64,000 nucleotides of DNA from assembly GCA_000002435.2 (NCBI GenBank), contig CM018789.1, one strand, 5' to 3'. This DNA is from Giardia intestinalis. Lineage: Eukaryota. The notes under the pieces are model-generated. The model was given only the letters and a program-made list of their open reading frames with translations, was not told the DNA's origin and did not search any database. Below, piece by piece: positions 20,801-29,468 of this stretch (positions are counted from its first letter, which is position 1; each line of letters opens with the position of its first letter). Position numbers and translations under genes: made by a program.

Positions 20801-22875
20801 ATTATGGCCGTACTGTCCACGCCCCCATATACAGTAGAGGCATCCGCACAGGTGGCGAGGTGCTTTGTCTTCGTATAATTCAAGATTGTTGCTATCCTGG
20901 AGAACTTCTGGGAGTGGTTTCTGGATAGGGGGAACGGCACGTTGATGAACGACCGGATGCTTGTTAGATAGTGCATCATGCCCAGCGCACTGCTTGCTGT
21001 CTCAGCGATAATTCTGATGGTAGATGCCTCCGCTCCCAGACTAACGTCTAGTTTCCGGACTCTAAGAAGCGTGTCCACAATTCGCGCAGACGCGTATGTG
21101 ATTGGCTGTAAAAACTTACTCAAGTATGCGAGTGCCTCATACTCAGTATCAGCGTTACTGTCCAACTTTTTAGCAAGACAATTCAGCAGATATAAAGAGT
21201 TTTTGATGATGATAATGCACACATGAATAAGTACACGTATGTTGTTGAATACAAATACGTAGTCTGGATCCGTGCCAAGAATAGCTCCTATTGCTCCGTG
21301 AGCCAGCTTGGCATTGGTGATGTGTTCTCTATGCTCCTTGCGCATGATGGCGCGCTCCAGAACAATGTACAGCTGGCTATAGCGCAGACAGGAAAAGACG
21401 GCAGCGATAGAGTAGAACTCACTATTCTCATATATGTTCGTCGATGGCTTGGCTTCTTCAGGAGCCTTGAGGCATTGCGCTCCTATGAGAATTGCATGAG
21501 AATTTTCCACGCTCATCGCCCCGGGATAGTTCAGAGATGCTAGCTTGCTCGCGGCATGGGCACTTTTTGTGCAAAACAATGTATTCTCTATGCTATCACA
21601 TAGTACTAACACCGCAGATATCCGAATGACCCGCTGGTCATCTTTCAGTGCAGCCATGGAGGTATTGGTGTGGGCTTGGGTCGCTGAGCCACTGGGGCCA
21701 TCTGTGCAGTTTAGCATGTCAAGGAATATGGGATCAAAGATAGCGACGGATGATGCCAATTCGCTTACTGCCTTAGGGGCCTGTGCAAGCTCTGTGAGAG
21801 AAATGTGCGCAGATAGCACAAGCTTGTCGCACTTGACATTTGGATCCATTCTGGAAGGGTCATCATAAAAGATTGGGAGGATGCCAGGTGTCTCCTGTGC
21901 CCCGTGGAGGAACACAGTGGGGACAGAGACAGCAAACGGATTTGTATTTGATCCTGTGAAAAGGATATTTAAAAATTGACCATCTCTGGTGTACGTGTAA
22001 GAAAGCAGTTGAAAATCCACTGAATACTTATTGGTCTTAAGGGGAAACGAAAACATTCCTACCACAAAATGATACGAATCTCCTTGTCGTAGCCGCTTCA
22101 CCACGTATAGTAGACACGTGTAGGCACCTGGTGTTCGAGAGTTTCCGAGAATTGACATGAGAAGGAATGCTCCGTGTTCCACTCGATCAATCAGAGTGAA
22201 CGCTGCAGCAACATCGTGCAGCTGGCCTTCTGTGTTAATTCGCTTGAGAATAGATAGTGTTCTCGTGCTCAAAATAACAGAAGAGCTGTTGTCAAGGGAC
22301 AGCATCAGAGTAGTTCCCATCACAGCCAGCCCTGTGGCCGTTACCTTCTGCTTTGAGTCTGAAGGCAAGATCTGACTGACCTCTTTTAGACCGAAGTCGT
22401 AAGTATCGTGAGCCAAAGTCGCAATGACCAAGAGTGTAGACGATATTCCGAAAAACGCAGATGTCCCACTCTGGGCACGGATGGTGATCAGCCCGCCAGC
22501 TATGTTGTAGGAGCACACATACCGACTCGGTGCACCGTCAGAGATATTAAAGATGAGGATCTGCGAATGGCTATCATTATGTGACTTGGCCACTACAGCC
22601 AGATACTTCTCGCACGAGGAGAGGCACGGCGGGAGAAAGAGAAAGTTCTTCTGTGTTCCTGAAAAAAGACCAGATAAAAAGCTCTTATTTGCAGAAATAA
22701 GCCCCTTGGTAAAATGAGGCTCCATGTCCTCAGTCCATAAAAAAGTTGGTGACTTTGATTTGAGAGAGACTGCAACAAGGGACAGCCCTGAAACAATGTA
22801 TGCTGTATCCCCAGTCTCCGATATCTTTGCAGCTGTTGCCTGGCCGCCTATTCCGAACTCACTCAGGGAAAACAT
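17890..22875 (-). CDS. Large hypothetical protein (1661 aa) with a Q/P/N-rich low-complexity C-terminus
   Basis: 5-kb ORF with ATG start. The N-terminal half is rich in beta-strands, the central part is helical, and the last ~300 aa are proline/glutamine-rich. No diagnostic motif. Confidence 0.8.
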   Translation of the reverse strand: MFSLSEFGIGGQATAAKISETGDTAYIVSGLSLVAVSLKSKSPTFLWTEDMEPHFTKGLISANKSFLSGLFSGTQKNFLFLPPCLSSCEKYLAVVAKSHNDSHSQILIFNISDGAPSRYVCSYNIAGGLITIRAQSGTSAFFGISSTLLVIATLAHDTYDFGLKEVSQILPSDSKQKVTATGLAVMGTTLMLSLDNSSSVILSTRTLSILKRINTEGQLHDVAAAFTLIDRVEHGAFLLMSILGNSRTPGAYTCLLYVVKRLRQGDSYHFVVGMFSFPLKTNKYSVDFQLLSYTYTRDGQFLNILFTGSNTNPFAVSVPTVFLHGAQETPGILPIFYDDPSRMDPNVKCDKLVLSAHISLTELAQAPKAVSELASSVAIFDPIFLDMLNCTDGPSGSATQAHTNTSMAALKDDQRVIRISAVLVLCDSIENTLFCTKSAHAASKLASLNYPGAMSVENSHAILIGAQCLKAPEEAKPSTNIYENSEFYSIAAVFSCLRYSQLYIVLERAIMRKEHREHITNAKLAHGAIGAILGTDPDYVFVFNNIRVLIHVCIIIIKNSLYLLNCLAKKLDSNADTEYEALAYLSKFLQPITYASARIVDTLLRVRKLDVSLGAEASTIRIIAETASSALGMMHYLTSIRSFINVPFPLSRNHSQKFSRIATILNYTKTKHLATCADASTVYGGVDSTAIIPTAARDDDNEVFFNCTVHAYSMMLRSLRKSVADESKSPNMLYTHEFGYYTVDETMKSIEGNPYRDIQDFSSVYAAHNMVGNTAIWSLVQFYTQLVLSGERPGVDYRKRRPGFTRMTIVDALKALLQEDINSSTSHSNSFSFETIDPRTALLKEAGIHGCRIFIVYALLVNGETPKACMDACMSLCFMGTDLRPFILQAAKISCGGDDGVLGYTDEKHSKAVEYYARCIYLSARILFAVDMGYCGPIDREIEDVSLSEDTIYLNQLMQVPGEGDFIGIQLLSSSMALSDTTRRSLRLLLFHALSYLPYAGAISTDAGFYTISRDDVEKSSKQWAGRLCHLSLLKGLISLARPLAFSSMEYSDGLHNTLLWPVHPGVARTELIMRSCIMSSVFISLTEPSPGIHSAEHKRIVETSINQQMSRAIYQLRRDFNGIVSNDTSFCSDRCLGLRLAYIFSELATNNYRIEEFYDELHLVSSLGSDVEPDMARSVLQETMRIVGRSNCRRRFDNMPSNTLDLEELTVDRESAANTSLGQSLRCLNELEETTDKRKATHGTVPIYCKLINYSPITKAEVSAITAFCLHHDEFYPYLLAFLISHDTKKALRFLQTLTVIDTDNKKNLDGLVYRITELEAKIPFCLRPINVNNEEVLSRTTGLSLSMRSGTLLAACQFSLDPQAHLPYNLTEEAIAANELYSTKNPMNRSFLTYTRLESHDPDEDECGLGAADVLYIPKYEEIEKQPLDATQPLFLLKRAGRSMGPIQTRQFGDGYNMQLQSDQPQGHAPIHGSEPLGYLFTEQPVALPQAQVPAKQYNKAVGIPIKRPPFKSAQRGVSVASVARQRPQPVNSYNAANTIQNNARTHPVQLQNPPPWQKPRASTPVDTKVSPVPPNQPHNWMFQSPIHVKSAVKQTSRFAAGAEPQPKKSVNFSNQMEEIQEDLNTITIGKGPKSSLAAQMNTAGMVLMNFPADKREKA

Positions 22876-22892
22876 GGGCCAGATTTTAATTT

Positions 22893-25800
22893 TTATTCTT
22901 TAGAAGACTGCTTTGTAGAGGCGAATGTAAAGGTATGGCTAGCATTGTTCAACACGTTTATGAACGAGAGAGACGTATCAGTGTCCTCCTGGGTCACTAA
23001 TGAAGTGTCGTCCTCTTCGGACTTCTGAGCAGAGCGGCGTTTCTTGACACAGACTATGGCAATGATAGTCATGGAAACTATCAGTGCAACTAGGCCAGCT
23101 GATACCCCGATGGCTATTGGCGTTGTGTTGAGTCTCACCTCGTTCTTGGTGCATATGTTTCCTGGAACCATCAGGGAATATCCTTTATAGCATAAGAGGC
23201 ACTGATCTGGATTATTTGTAGAACAGTATAGACAGTACGGCGTGGTACACTTTGTAGAATACATGCATGTTCCCATAACCGGTCGTTTTTGGGTGTCGAT
23301 ACAACTTGTGCACAGCACTGGGGTGCAGGTCTTGCATTCGCTAGGGCATTGTTGGCATGTTCCCTCAAAGAAGGAAAGATATGTGTTAAGTCCGCACACA
23401 GAACAACGATTTGAATTTCCTGCTTCACAGACCACGCAGTTAGAGAGTGTACAGTATGTCTGATTGGATACCACACATACTCCATCACTATTTGGGCGCA
23501 TGTTCCACTTGTTACAACTGACACAGTAGAAGGGGTCTGACGCTTGGCAGAATTGGCAGTTTGTATTGTCGATGCAGAGAGTACTATAGTCGCAATATCC
23601 AGAAAGAGGCGGGCTTCTTATATTTTTACATCGTAGGCATTGTGTTGAAGAGCTGCACTCAAAGCAATTTGATGGGCACGCGTCGCATCTGTTGAAAGCC
23701 TTGTTGAGCCAGTATCCATTCGTGCAACGGAGGCAGAGAAGCTTTTTGTTGGCACCTTCGTAGCAATGCGTACACTGTTCAATAGAACATGCTCGAAACT
23801 TAATGCAGACGCCACTGGTGGTTGTGACGTAAGAGGCATCCGAGCACACTTCACAAATGCTACTGAGCGTGGGACACGCCATACATCCTGACTTACAGGG
23901 GGTGCACACAGAGTAGGAGTTGTCCAGGGCTCCAGAACTGCACGCAATGCAACGTTTGTCAGATGCCTCAAGACAGGAGGCGCATAGACCTACACTACAT
24001 TCATTTATGAAGAACTGCAGGTCAATCATTCCTGTGTTCCTGCCAACAACCCATGTGGTGTTATAGTCCCAGCACAGGGGAGCTGAGCAAGACACCGCTA
24101 TGAGATCAATGACCTTGTCGGTAATTACAACTGCATATGGAAGTGTGGTGAGTATGGGAAGCGCTGTATTGAAAAAGTTCCACCCGCTGTTTTCATTTAA
24201 CCACCATCCACGCGCTAGGTATGTCGTGGACAGCGTCAAGAACTCCGGGACAATGCTAAATAAATCTGTTTCATCGATACCCGGGTTTGCGGCGACCAGA
24301 ATATTTTCACATTTGGTGCAATGGCTTGCATTCAGCCCTGGGCCGAAGGCTTTGATACTGTACGGTTTGTATCCCGGTTCTGTGTAGGTAAATGTGACAT
24401 TCAACAGAACTCTCGCTGCAGACAGGCCATTCATGTGTCCAAAGTAGACAAAAGATGCCAGTCCATAGTCGGCTTTAAAGCCTGAGCACGACCCTGTAAA
24501 GTTAACGGTGCCTGCGCAGTCTGAGATCAGAACATTATCGGTTATGGCGGCCGCAAAGCCTCCGTAGCGTATCGCGGCTGTGTCATTCCAGGTTGAGCAC
24601 GCAATAGACACGTTCATGAACCACCAGAGGCTCTTCAAGTAATGTACGTTACCAGTTACTGCTCCTGAAGGACCATTGACTGCACCAAGAAAGCTACCAA
24701 ACGTTAAGTTGTGGCTCGTTCTAAAGTTGTAGAGGAAGGAGCGCACAAACACGAACGAGTTGTCAATCAGTGAGTTGTTAGTCCGTGAGTACAGCTGCCC
24801 ACAAAAGCCCCCGATAGTTATGGAGCTCGTAGGCGACACTTGCATTGTAACTATCTTAAACCATGCAAAGCAGTTGGCTATTATGCTATCCACGCTAGTC
24901 CCCACAAAACCGCCAAAGAGATAAAGCGGTGTATTGAACGTGTAATAGTTAATACGCACATATGAGTCTGCTATGCTAGTATCTGAGTTAGCAATAGCAA
25001 CGAAACCGCCAGAGCCGGAGCTTTCTATATAGCTTTGAGTTAAGTTTTCCATGACGACAGCACATTGCTCCACAGTAGTGACACTGGCCGTAGAAACAAA
25101 TCCGCCCACTATGCCAGAAAACAATCCGGTTGTGATATTAACCACTGAGTGTCTCACTAAGACTCCGGCTAGATTAGCAGCAAAGCCACCGATGTACATA
25201 ATGTCTGTGCCCACAGAGAAGCTATAATAGTTTGCTACACACTTGTCGATGACAACACAATGAATGCAATCGGATTGTAAGTTTCCCAGAAATCCGCCTA
25301 TGTATGAATATGTACCAAGATTGGTTAGCTCTACAATATTGGCAGTAACGGTGGAAGACCCCACTGACGCGTAGTGTATGCCAACGAGGCCTCCATAAAC
25401 GCATGGGGACAGCCACTCGCTCCGTACGTAGACCCTGCTGAAGTTTGCACTGCAATTGAGAAGGCTTCTCCCACACTCTCCTGCGACTCCACCCAGGATA
25501 CAAATACTATTCCTGCACTCTATAGATCCATTGAATGATAGCCCACTGATGATAGACGCATCAACGTTTAGTCCTGGTTTTGCGATGTTGCCTATAACTC
25601 CTCCCAGGATAGCTTTGCGGAGCCCGCTGTACCTGATTGTCGCATTGACGGCAACGTTCGATGGCGTAATGTACGACCTGCCTGCCAGTCCCCCGACGGC
25701 AAGAGCTTCAGAGTCGCTATTCATTGGCTTGGTTAGTAGTAAACTTCCGTTGATAGTCACTTTGTACAGACTTGTCGAGTTGAGTATCCCTGCTAGGAGT

Positions 25801-26138
25801 CCTACATTTAGCAGATCCTTTGTGCCTTCGTCTAGAGTAATGTCAAAGACCACGTTCCTAAGTGTTCCATGCACCTCAGTGAAGAGACCCACATTTGTTC
25901 CCAGATTCTGGAACCCTTTAACGGATATCTTGTGTGACTGGCCTATTATGATCCCGTAGAAAGGCGGTAAAGGGGTTAATGGTCCCTGTATATCGATATC
26001 ATTCAACAGCACAAAGAACCCTCGAGGACACTCGCGAATCAGTTCAATATCTGCAGCAGTCCTTAGCTCCAAGCGAAGATTACAGTTCGTAGCTGTACAA
26101 AGGGCGCCGGCAAACAGCAACGGCAGAAAGAGCCCCAT
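22893..26138 (-). CDS. High-cysteine membrane protein (HCMP): signal peptide, GG[FLV]xG-repeat domain, CXXC/EGF-like cysteine-rich domain, TM helix, cytoplasmic tail
   Basis: The track Met at 26237 is a GTG pseudo-start. The real ATG is at 26138 (MGLFLPLLFAGALCTATNC signal peptide), directly preceded by a duplicated AT-rich 12-mer. About 11 GGLAG/GGVIG/GGFVG-type repeats sit in the N-terminal half. The C-terminal ~350 aa carry dense CXXC motifs (CTHC, CLRC, CFEC, CQFC, CVVC, CKTC). The TM span is 'AIGVSAGLVALIVSMTIIAIVCV', and the ~45-aa tail lacks the VSP 'CRGKA' end. Confidence 0.85.
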   Translation of the reverse strand: MGLFLPLLFAGALCTATNCNLRLELRTAADIELIRECPRGFFVLLNDIDIQGPLTPLPPFYGIIIGQSHKISVKGFQNLGTNVGLFTEVHGTLRNVVFDITLDEGTKDLLNVGLLAGILNSTSLYKVTINGSLLLTKPMNSDSEALAVGGLAGRSYITPSNVAVNATIRYSGLRKAILGGVIGNIAKPGLNVDASIISGLSFNGSIECRNSICILGGVAGECGRSLLNCSANFSRVYVRSEWLSPCVYGGLVGIHYASVGSSTVTANIVELTNLGTYSYIGGFLGNLQSDCIHCVVIDKCVANYYSFSVGTDIMYIGGFAANLAGVLVRHSVVNITTGLFSGIVGGFVSTASVTTVEQCAVVMENLTQSYIESSGSGGFVAIANSDTSIADSYVRINYYTFNTPLYLFGGFVGTSVDSIIANCFAWFKIVTMQVSPTSSITIGGFCGQLYSRTNNSLIDNSFVFVRSFLYNFRTSHNLTFGSFLGAVNGPSGAVTGNVHYLKSLWWFMNVSIACSTWNDTAAIRYGGFAAAITDNVLISDCAGTVNFTGSCSGFKADYGLASFVYFGHMNGLSAARVLLNVTFTYTEPGYKPYSIKAFGPGLNASHCTKCENILVAANPGIDETDLFSIVPEFLTLSTTYLARGWWLNENSGWNFFNTALPILTTLPYAVVITDKVIDLIAVSCSAPLCWDYNTTWVVGRNTGMIDLQFFINECSVGLCASCLEASDKRCIACSSGALDNSYSVCTPCKSGCMACPTLSSICEVCSDASYVTTTSGVCIKFRACSIEQCTHCYEGANKKLLCLRCTNGYWLNKAFNRCDACPSNCFECSSSTQCLRCKNIRSPPLSGYCDYSTLCIDNTNCQFCQASDPFYCVSCNKWNMRPNSDGVCVVSNQTYCTLSNCVVCEAGNSNRCSVCGLNTYLSFFEGTCQQCPSECKTCTPVLCTSCIDTQKRPVMGTCMYSTKCTTPYCLYCSTNNPDQCLLCYKGYSLMVPGNICTKNEVRLNTTPIAIGVSAGLVALIVSMTIIAIVCVKKRRSAQKSEEDDTSLVTQEDTDTSLSFINVLNNASHTFTFASTKQSSKE

Positions 26139-26140
26139 TT

Positions 26141-26166
26141 TGATTGCATAAAAGATGATTGCATAA
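26141..26166. repeat. Direct repeat of a 12-mer (TGATTGCATAAA x2, 2-bp spacer) immediately upstream of the HCMP start codon
   Basis: On the coding (minus) strand this reads 'TTTATGCAATCA TC TTTATGCAATCA AAATGGGGCTC', so the repeat sits at -3 to -28 relative to the ATG at 26138. Confidence 0.6.
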
Positions 26167-26233
26167 AGGATTAAGAAAAGATATAAATTCGGCTTAAATA
26201 GAGGGGGGATACGGTTGGTGTCGGAAACCGTGT

Positions 26234-29200
26234 TCACTTAGGAGTGGTGTAGGGCAAGGCAGAACCAGGCGTGCCACAAAAGAACCTCTCTATATGCTTT
26301 TGAATGCTCTGCGGAGAAATTCTGTTATGGGTTTTGAACGCAGAGGCAGTGATTGGAGAGAATTGGCACACGTTGTAGTACTGTTGGACAACGACTAGCA
26401 CATTGTTAAGTACGTAGTCTTGGATTTTTCTTTGAAGAGACGCGGAGGGCACAGTGGCTGTGACATGAGCATCCAAAAGAGGGAGAATCAGACCCTCAAA
26501 TTTTGGTAGGCAAGATGTTAGTGTGGCAGTGATCCTTCTGCTCTTGATGGATGCGTGAGACGCTGGCCTTTGAGTCCCTCCAAGGGTCTCCGTGTCATCT
26601 TGGACTTCAGACGCTGTCCAGGACTCTGGCACACATTCCGTCCCTTCTATGCGAGCAGAGACTTCTCGAGCCTGGTCGAGCACCACTGAGAGCTCACTCA
26701 TTACGACCTTGGTAATTACATGACTATTTCGTTCGTGCCACTTGTCATAGACATGTTGCAAATCACTTATAAGGCGGCGCAGATCAAGCGCAACAAGAGC
26801 TGGCTTCCATATCATTTCATAGTACTTGGCAACTAAATTATCTACTTGCTTGCGTATAAATCTCGAATACTCGTGTGAAACAAGGCTACGCAAGGGTCCG
26901 TTGTCGGAACTGACAGCTTCAGAAAGGTAGTTCAGGTTGTTGAGCTTAAATAGGTAGCTGTTCACCAGGCCCTTGGGTGGTTGAGTGCGGTACAAAAGAA
27001 TGCACGACAAATAGTAGAGCTTCTGTTCGAGAACGGCCGTCTTCAGACTCTCAGACCCTGAGGGGAAGAGGTAGTCCTGGAGAACAAATTCTGCCCCACT
27101 GTCCACGAATGTGGTGGCTGAAAAGCCTGTAGAAGTGCAGACCTGATTGACATTGCCATTATGCGGGGCAGTATCCTCTATGGATGCATTGGCAAGGAGT
27201 GCAGGAGAGAGCGCCTGAGCCACTTTCACGATATCTGAGCAAAGAGAGATGCTCTTCGAGTAGAGACCCTGCTGATTGAGCCAAAGAATGATATTTGGTA
27301 ATTCTGAGATTATATTAATGCTGTCTGTACGTGTTGGAATGACGAAGAGCGTTTCTTCAAAGGCAGTAAGCACCTCCTTACTCTTGAGAGCGACACAGAT
27401 CACTAACAGTAGAAAGTCATGTCTGAGGCTATCAAATGTAGAGAGATTAAGGTCTGACTTAGTGTATTGATAGTATAGGAGCTGGTCTAAGAAGTTTCGC
27501 TGATTGAGACTACAAGATACGACGCTACTAGAGAGAGGACCAAGCATGTCAATGATGGCTGTGTAGAGCTTTGGCAAAGACGTGAAGAGATCCCCATGAA
27601 CTATGTTGTTGATGGCATCGAATGGAATGTTCCACGTGAACTTACTAGCAGTAGAACTGTCGGTGTCCACAGTGCCCTGGGAAGTCATCAAGAGAGTACC
27701 ATTCATTCCCATGCCGTTTATAAATGAGCTCTCACTGTCGTAAACAGTGGTCTCCTTCCCTATAGCCTGAGCAACAAGCTTGCTCGGCGCGTCAGTCATC
27801 GGCAAGCCACCAAGAGAAAAGCTGAGTATTTCCGTGTAGTTAGTCAAGAAAACAATAGGTATCATGGCGTGTAATACTTGTAGTATATCAAGAGTCTCGA
27901 AGGTTAAGCGCTTAGTGTCAATGTTAGAAATCAGCCCAAGACACACTTGGCAGACATATTGAAGAACTGGCGTGGCAATATACGAATAGCAGACGTCCAT
28001 TAGCCTACATGCGCTTTCTACTAGAGGCTTGCTATCGGCTATTAGCCCTGAGCTAAAGGGTGTCGCGTCACCGCAGTAGTGGGAAAGCATCAAGTTAATG
28101 AACATGACAAGCTGTTCACGCTCGTCCAAAAGCATAGACAAGACGTACACAAAATAGTAGTAAAATGGATGTGATTCCTGCTTATAAAGAGCAGGCGGTG
28201 GTGATGAAGCAGGCCCGTCTTCGATGGCCTTGATGTAGTCTGACCTGTTGAAAGAGGCCACACCCTCTTTGAGCTTTGCTCGGTGTAAGTGTGCAAGTAG
28301 GCGCAACGGCACAGAGAGTTGTGTGTCCCCACGGATTGGTGAGTCATGAATAGGTGGGATGGGCTGAGTATCGTTGAATAATAGATAGTCCTTTAGATCC
28401 CTGCTGTTCTTAATTTTCAAGGTATCAGGAAGCTTCTTCAAGAAGTCAAGGATTGCTATCAGAAGGGTCTCAGTCCTCAGTTTAGAAGTATCCATGGCGG
28501 GTACACCTTTTAGTTTGGAGTAGGCTCTTGACTTGAGAACTCCGTAAGATGATACGATACTAGAGCACACACGTAGTAGAAAGTCTATGCGCTGATTCAT
28601 GAACTCTAAAAAGGCGTCCTTGAAGGTGCCAGGAGATGCCGGAGATGCTATAAGGGCATCAAACAGAGCTAGAAACGAGGAATTTAGTGCTGAAGGTCGT
28701 CCATTGTCATAAATGGTGTTTGCAACTTGAGCACTGGGAGAGGCGTCCAGGGATGCTGCAAGGGTTATATGCTTCAGGAGATAATAGAGAGGCGTGTTTG
28801 GAAGAAGCCGCTCGACAAAGTCGGCAAACATCTGCACATGGAATCGCAATAACGAGTGGAGTTCTAGGGCTACCTTACCAGCTCCTTGTGTTACAAGAGA
28901 AGTTGTCCGCGAAAGGCCTGAATTTGAAAGCAAAACACCGCTTGCTGATCCTTCGACGAACACTAGTATATCTCGGCGCTGAATATAGAACCGGTGTGTC
29001 TTTGTGGCTATTAGTCGTTTAATAGCAAATAGACTCTGGTCGATACCTTGCTGGATCTCTCCCAGCAGCTCTGTGCTGCAGTCTGCAAAAGTCTCATGAA
29101 TAAATTTCCTCCCCTTCAGCATGGCTGCAATATTCTGGCCAAGGTTGGACTGGTCCACCTCTGTGGGATTCTGACTCTGCGAAATAGTTGCAATGAAGTT

Positions 29201-29443
29201 CAGCGCTTTGCGTATCTCTGCGACGCATGCATTATATGCCTTTGCTTCTTTTTCCAACGCAAGGATGTTAAGCACTTCGTGGCCTGCAGAGTGCGCTGGG
29301 TCCTGGTCTGCTCCGGGTGGATCTAAAATGTCCAACTGACTTTCTAATTTGGAAGCAATATCCAGCATTGATGAGAACAGCCCACGCTGTTGTTCAATGG
29401 TCGCAGTTATCCAGGACAGGAGGCCTGGAAGACTAGTACTCAT
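26234..29443 (-). CDS. Large hypothetical alpha-helical protein (1069 aa)
   Basis: 3.2-kb ORF with ATG start; helical repeat-like composition. Its TGA stop (26236-26234) abuts the downstream HCMP region. Confidence 0.75.
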   Translation of the reverse strand: MSTSLPGLLSWITATIEQQRGLFSSMLDIASKLESQLDILDPPGADQDPAHSAGHEVLNILALEKEAKAYNACVAEIRKALNFIATISQSQNPTEVDQSNLGQNIAAMLKGRKFIHETFADCSTELLGEIQQGIDQSLFAIKRLIATKTHRFYIQRRDILVFVEGSASGVLLSNSGLSRTTSLVTQGAGKVALELHSLLRFHVQMFADFVERLLPNTPLYYLLKHITLAASLDASPSAQVANTIYDNGRPSALNSSFLALFDALIASPASPGTFKDAFLEFMNQRIDFLLRVCSSIVSSYGVLKSRAYSKLKGVPAMDTSKLRTETLLIAILDFLKKLPDTLKIKNSRDLKDYLLFNDTQPIPPIHDSPIRGDTQLSVPLRLLAHLHRAKLKEGVASFNRSDYIKAIEDGPASSPPPALYKQESHPFYYYFVYVLSMLLDEREQLVMFINLMLSHYCGDATPFSSGLIADSKPLVESACRLMDVCYSYIATPVLQYVCQVCLGLISNIDTKRLTFETLDILQVLHAMIPIVFLTNYTEILSFSLGGLPMTDAPSKLVAQAIGKETTVYDSESSFINGMGMNGTLLMTSQGTVDTDSSTASKFTWNIPFDAINNIVHGDLFTSLPKLYTAIIDMLGPLSSSVVSCSLNQRNFLDQLLYYQYTKSDLNLSTFDSLRHDFLLLVICVALKSKEVLTAFEETLFVIPTRTDSINIISELPNIILWLNQQGLYSKSISLCSDIVKVAQALSPALLANASIEDTAPHNGNVNQVCTSTGFSATTFVDSGAEFVLQDYLFPSGSESLKTAVLEQKLYYLSCILLYRTQPPKGLVNSYLFKLNNLNYLSEAVSSDNGPLRSLVSHEYSRFIRKQVDNLVAKYYEMIWKPALVALDLRRLISDLQHVYDKWHERNSHVITKVVMSELSVVLDQAREVSARIEGTECVPESWTASEVQDDTETLGGTQRPASHASIKSRRITATLTSCLPKFEGLILPLLDAHVTATVPSASLQRKIQDYVLNNVLVVVQQYYNVCQFSPITASAFKTHNRISPQSIQKHIERFFCGTPGSALPYTTPK

Positions 29444-29468
29444 TTTTTGGAAATGACATTCACTTGCG

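Noticed and set aside
25456-25959. 167-aa + ORF inside the HCMP gene, plus similar internal or antisense ORFs (29464-29877 +, 34598-34960 +, 34788-35015 -, 49118-49639 -, 54596-55081 -, 56420-56782 -)
   Set aside because: All lie within long, well-supported genes on the opposite strand or in another frame; their low-complexity P/S/R-rich translations are typical shadow ORFs.
26139-26237. Annotated HCMP start at 26237, overlapping the upstream gene's stop (ATGA-like overlap)
   Set aside because: Position 26235-26237 is CAC on the + strand (GTG on minus), so it is not an ATG. The first real ATG is at 26138, with a signal peptide and promoter repeats, so the overlap is an ORF-finder artefact.
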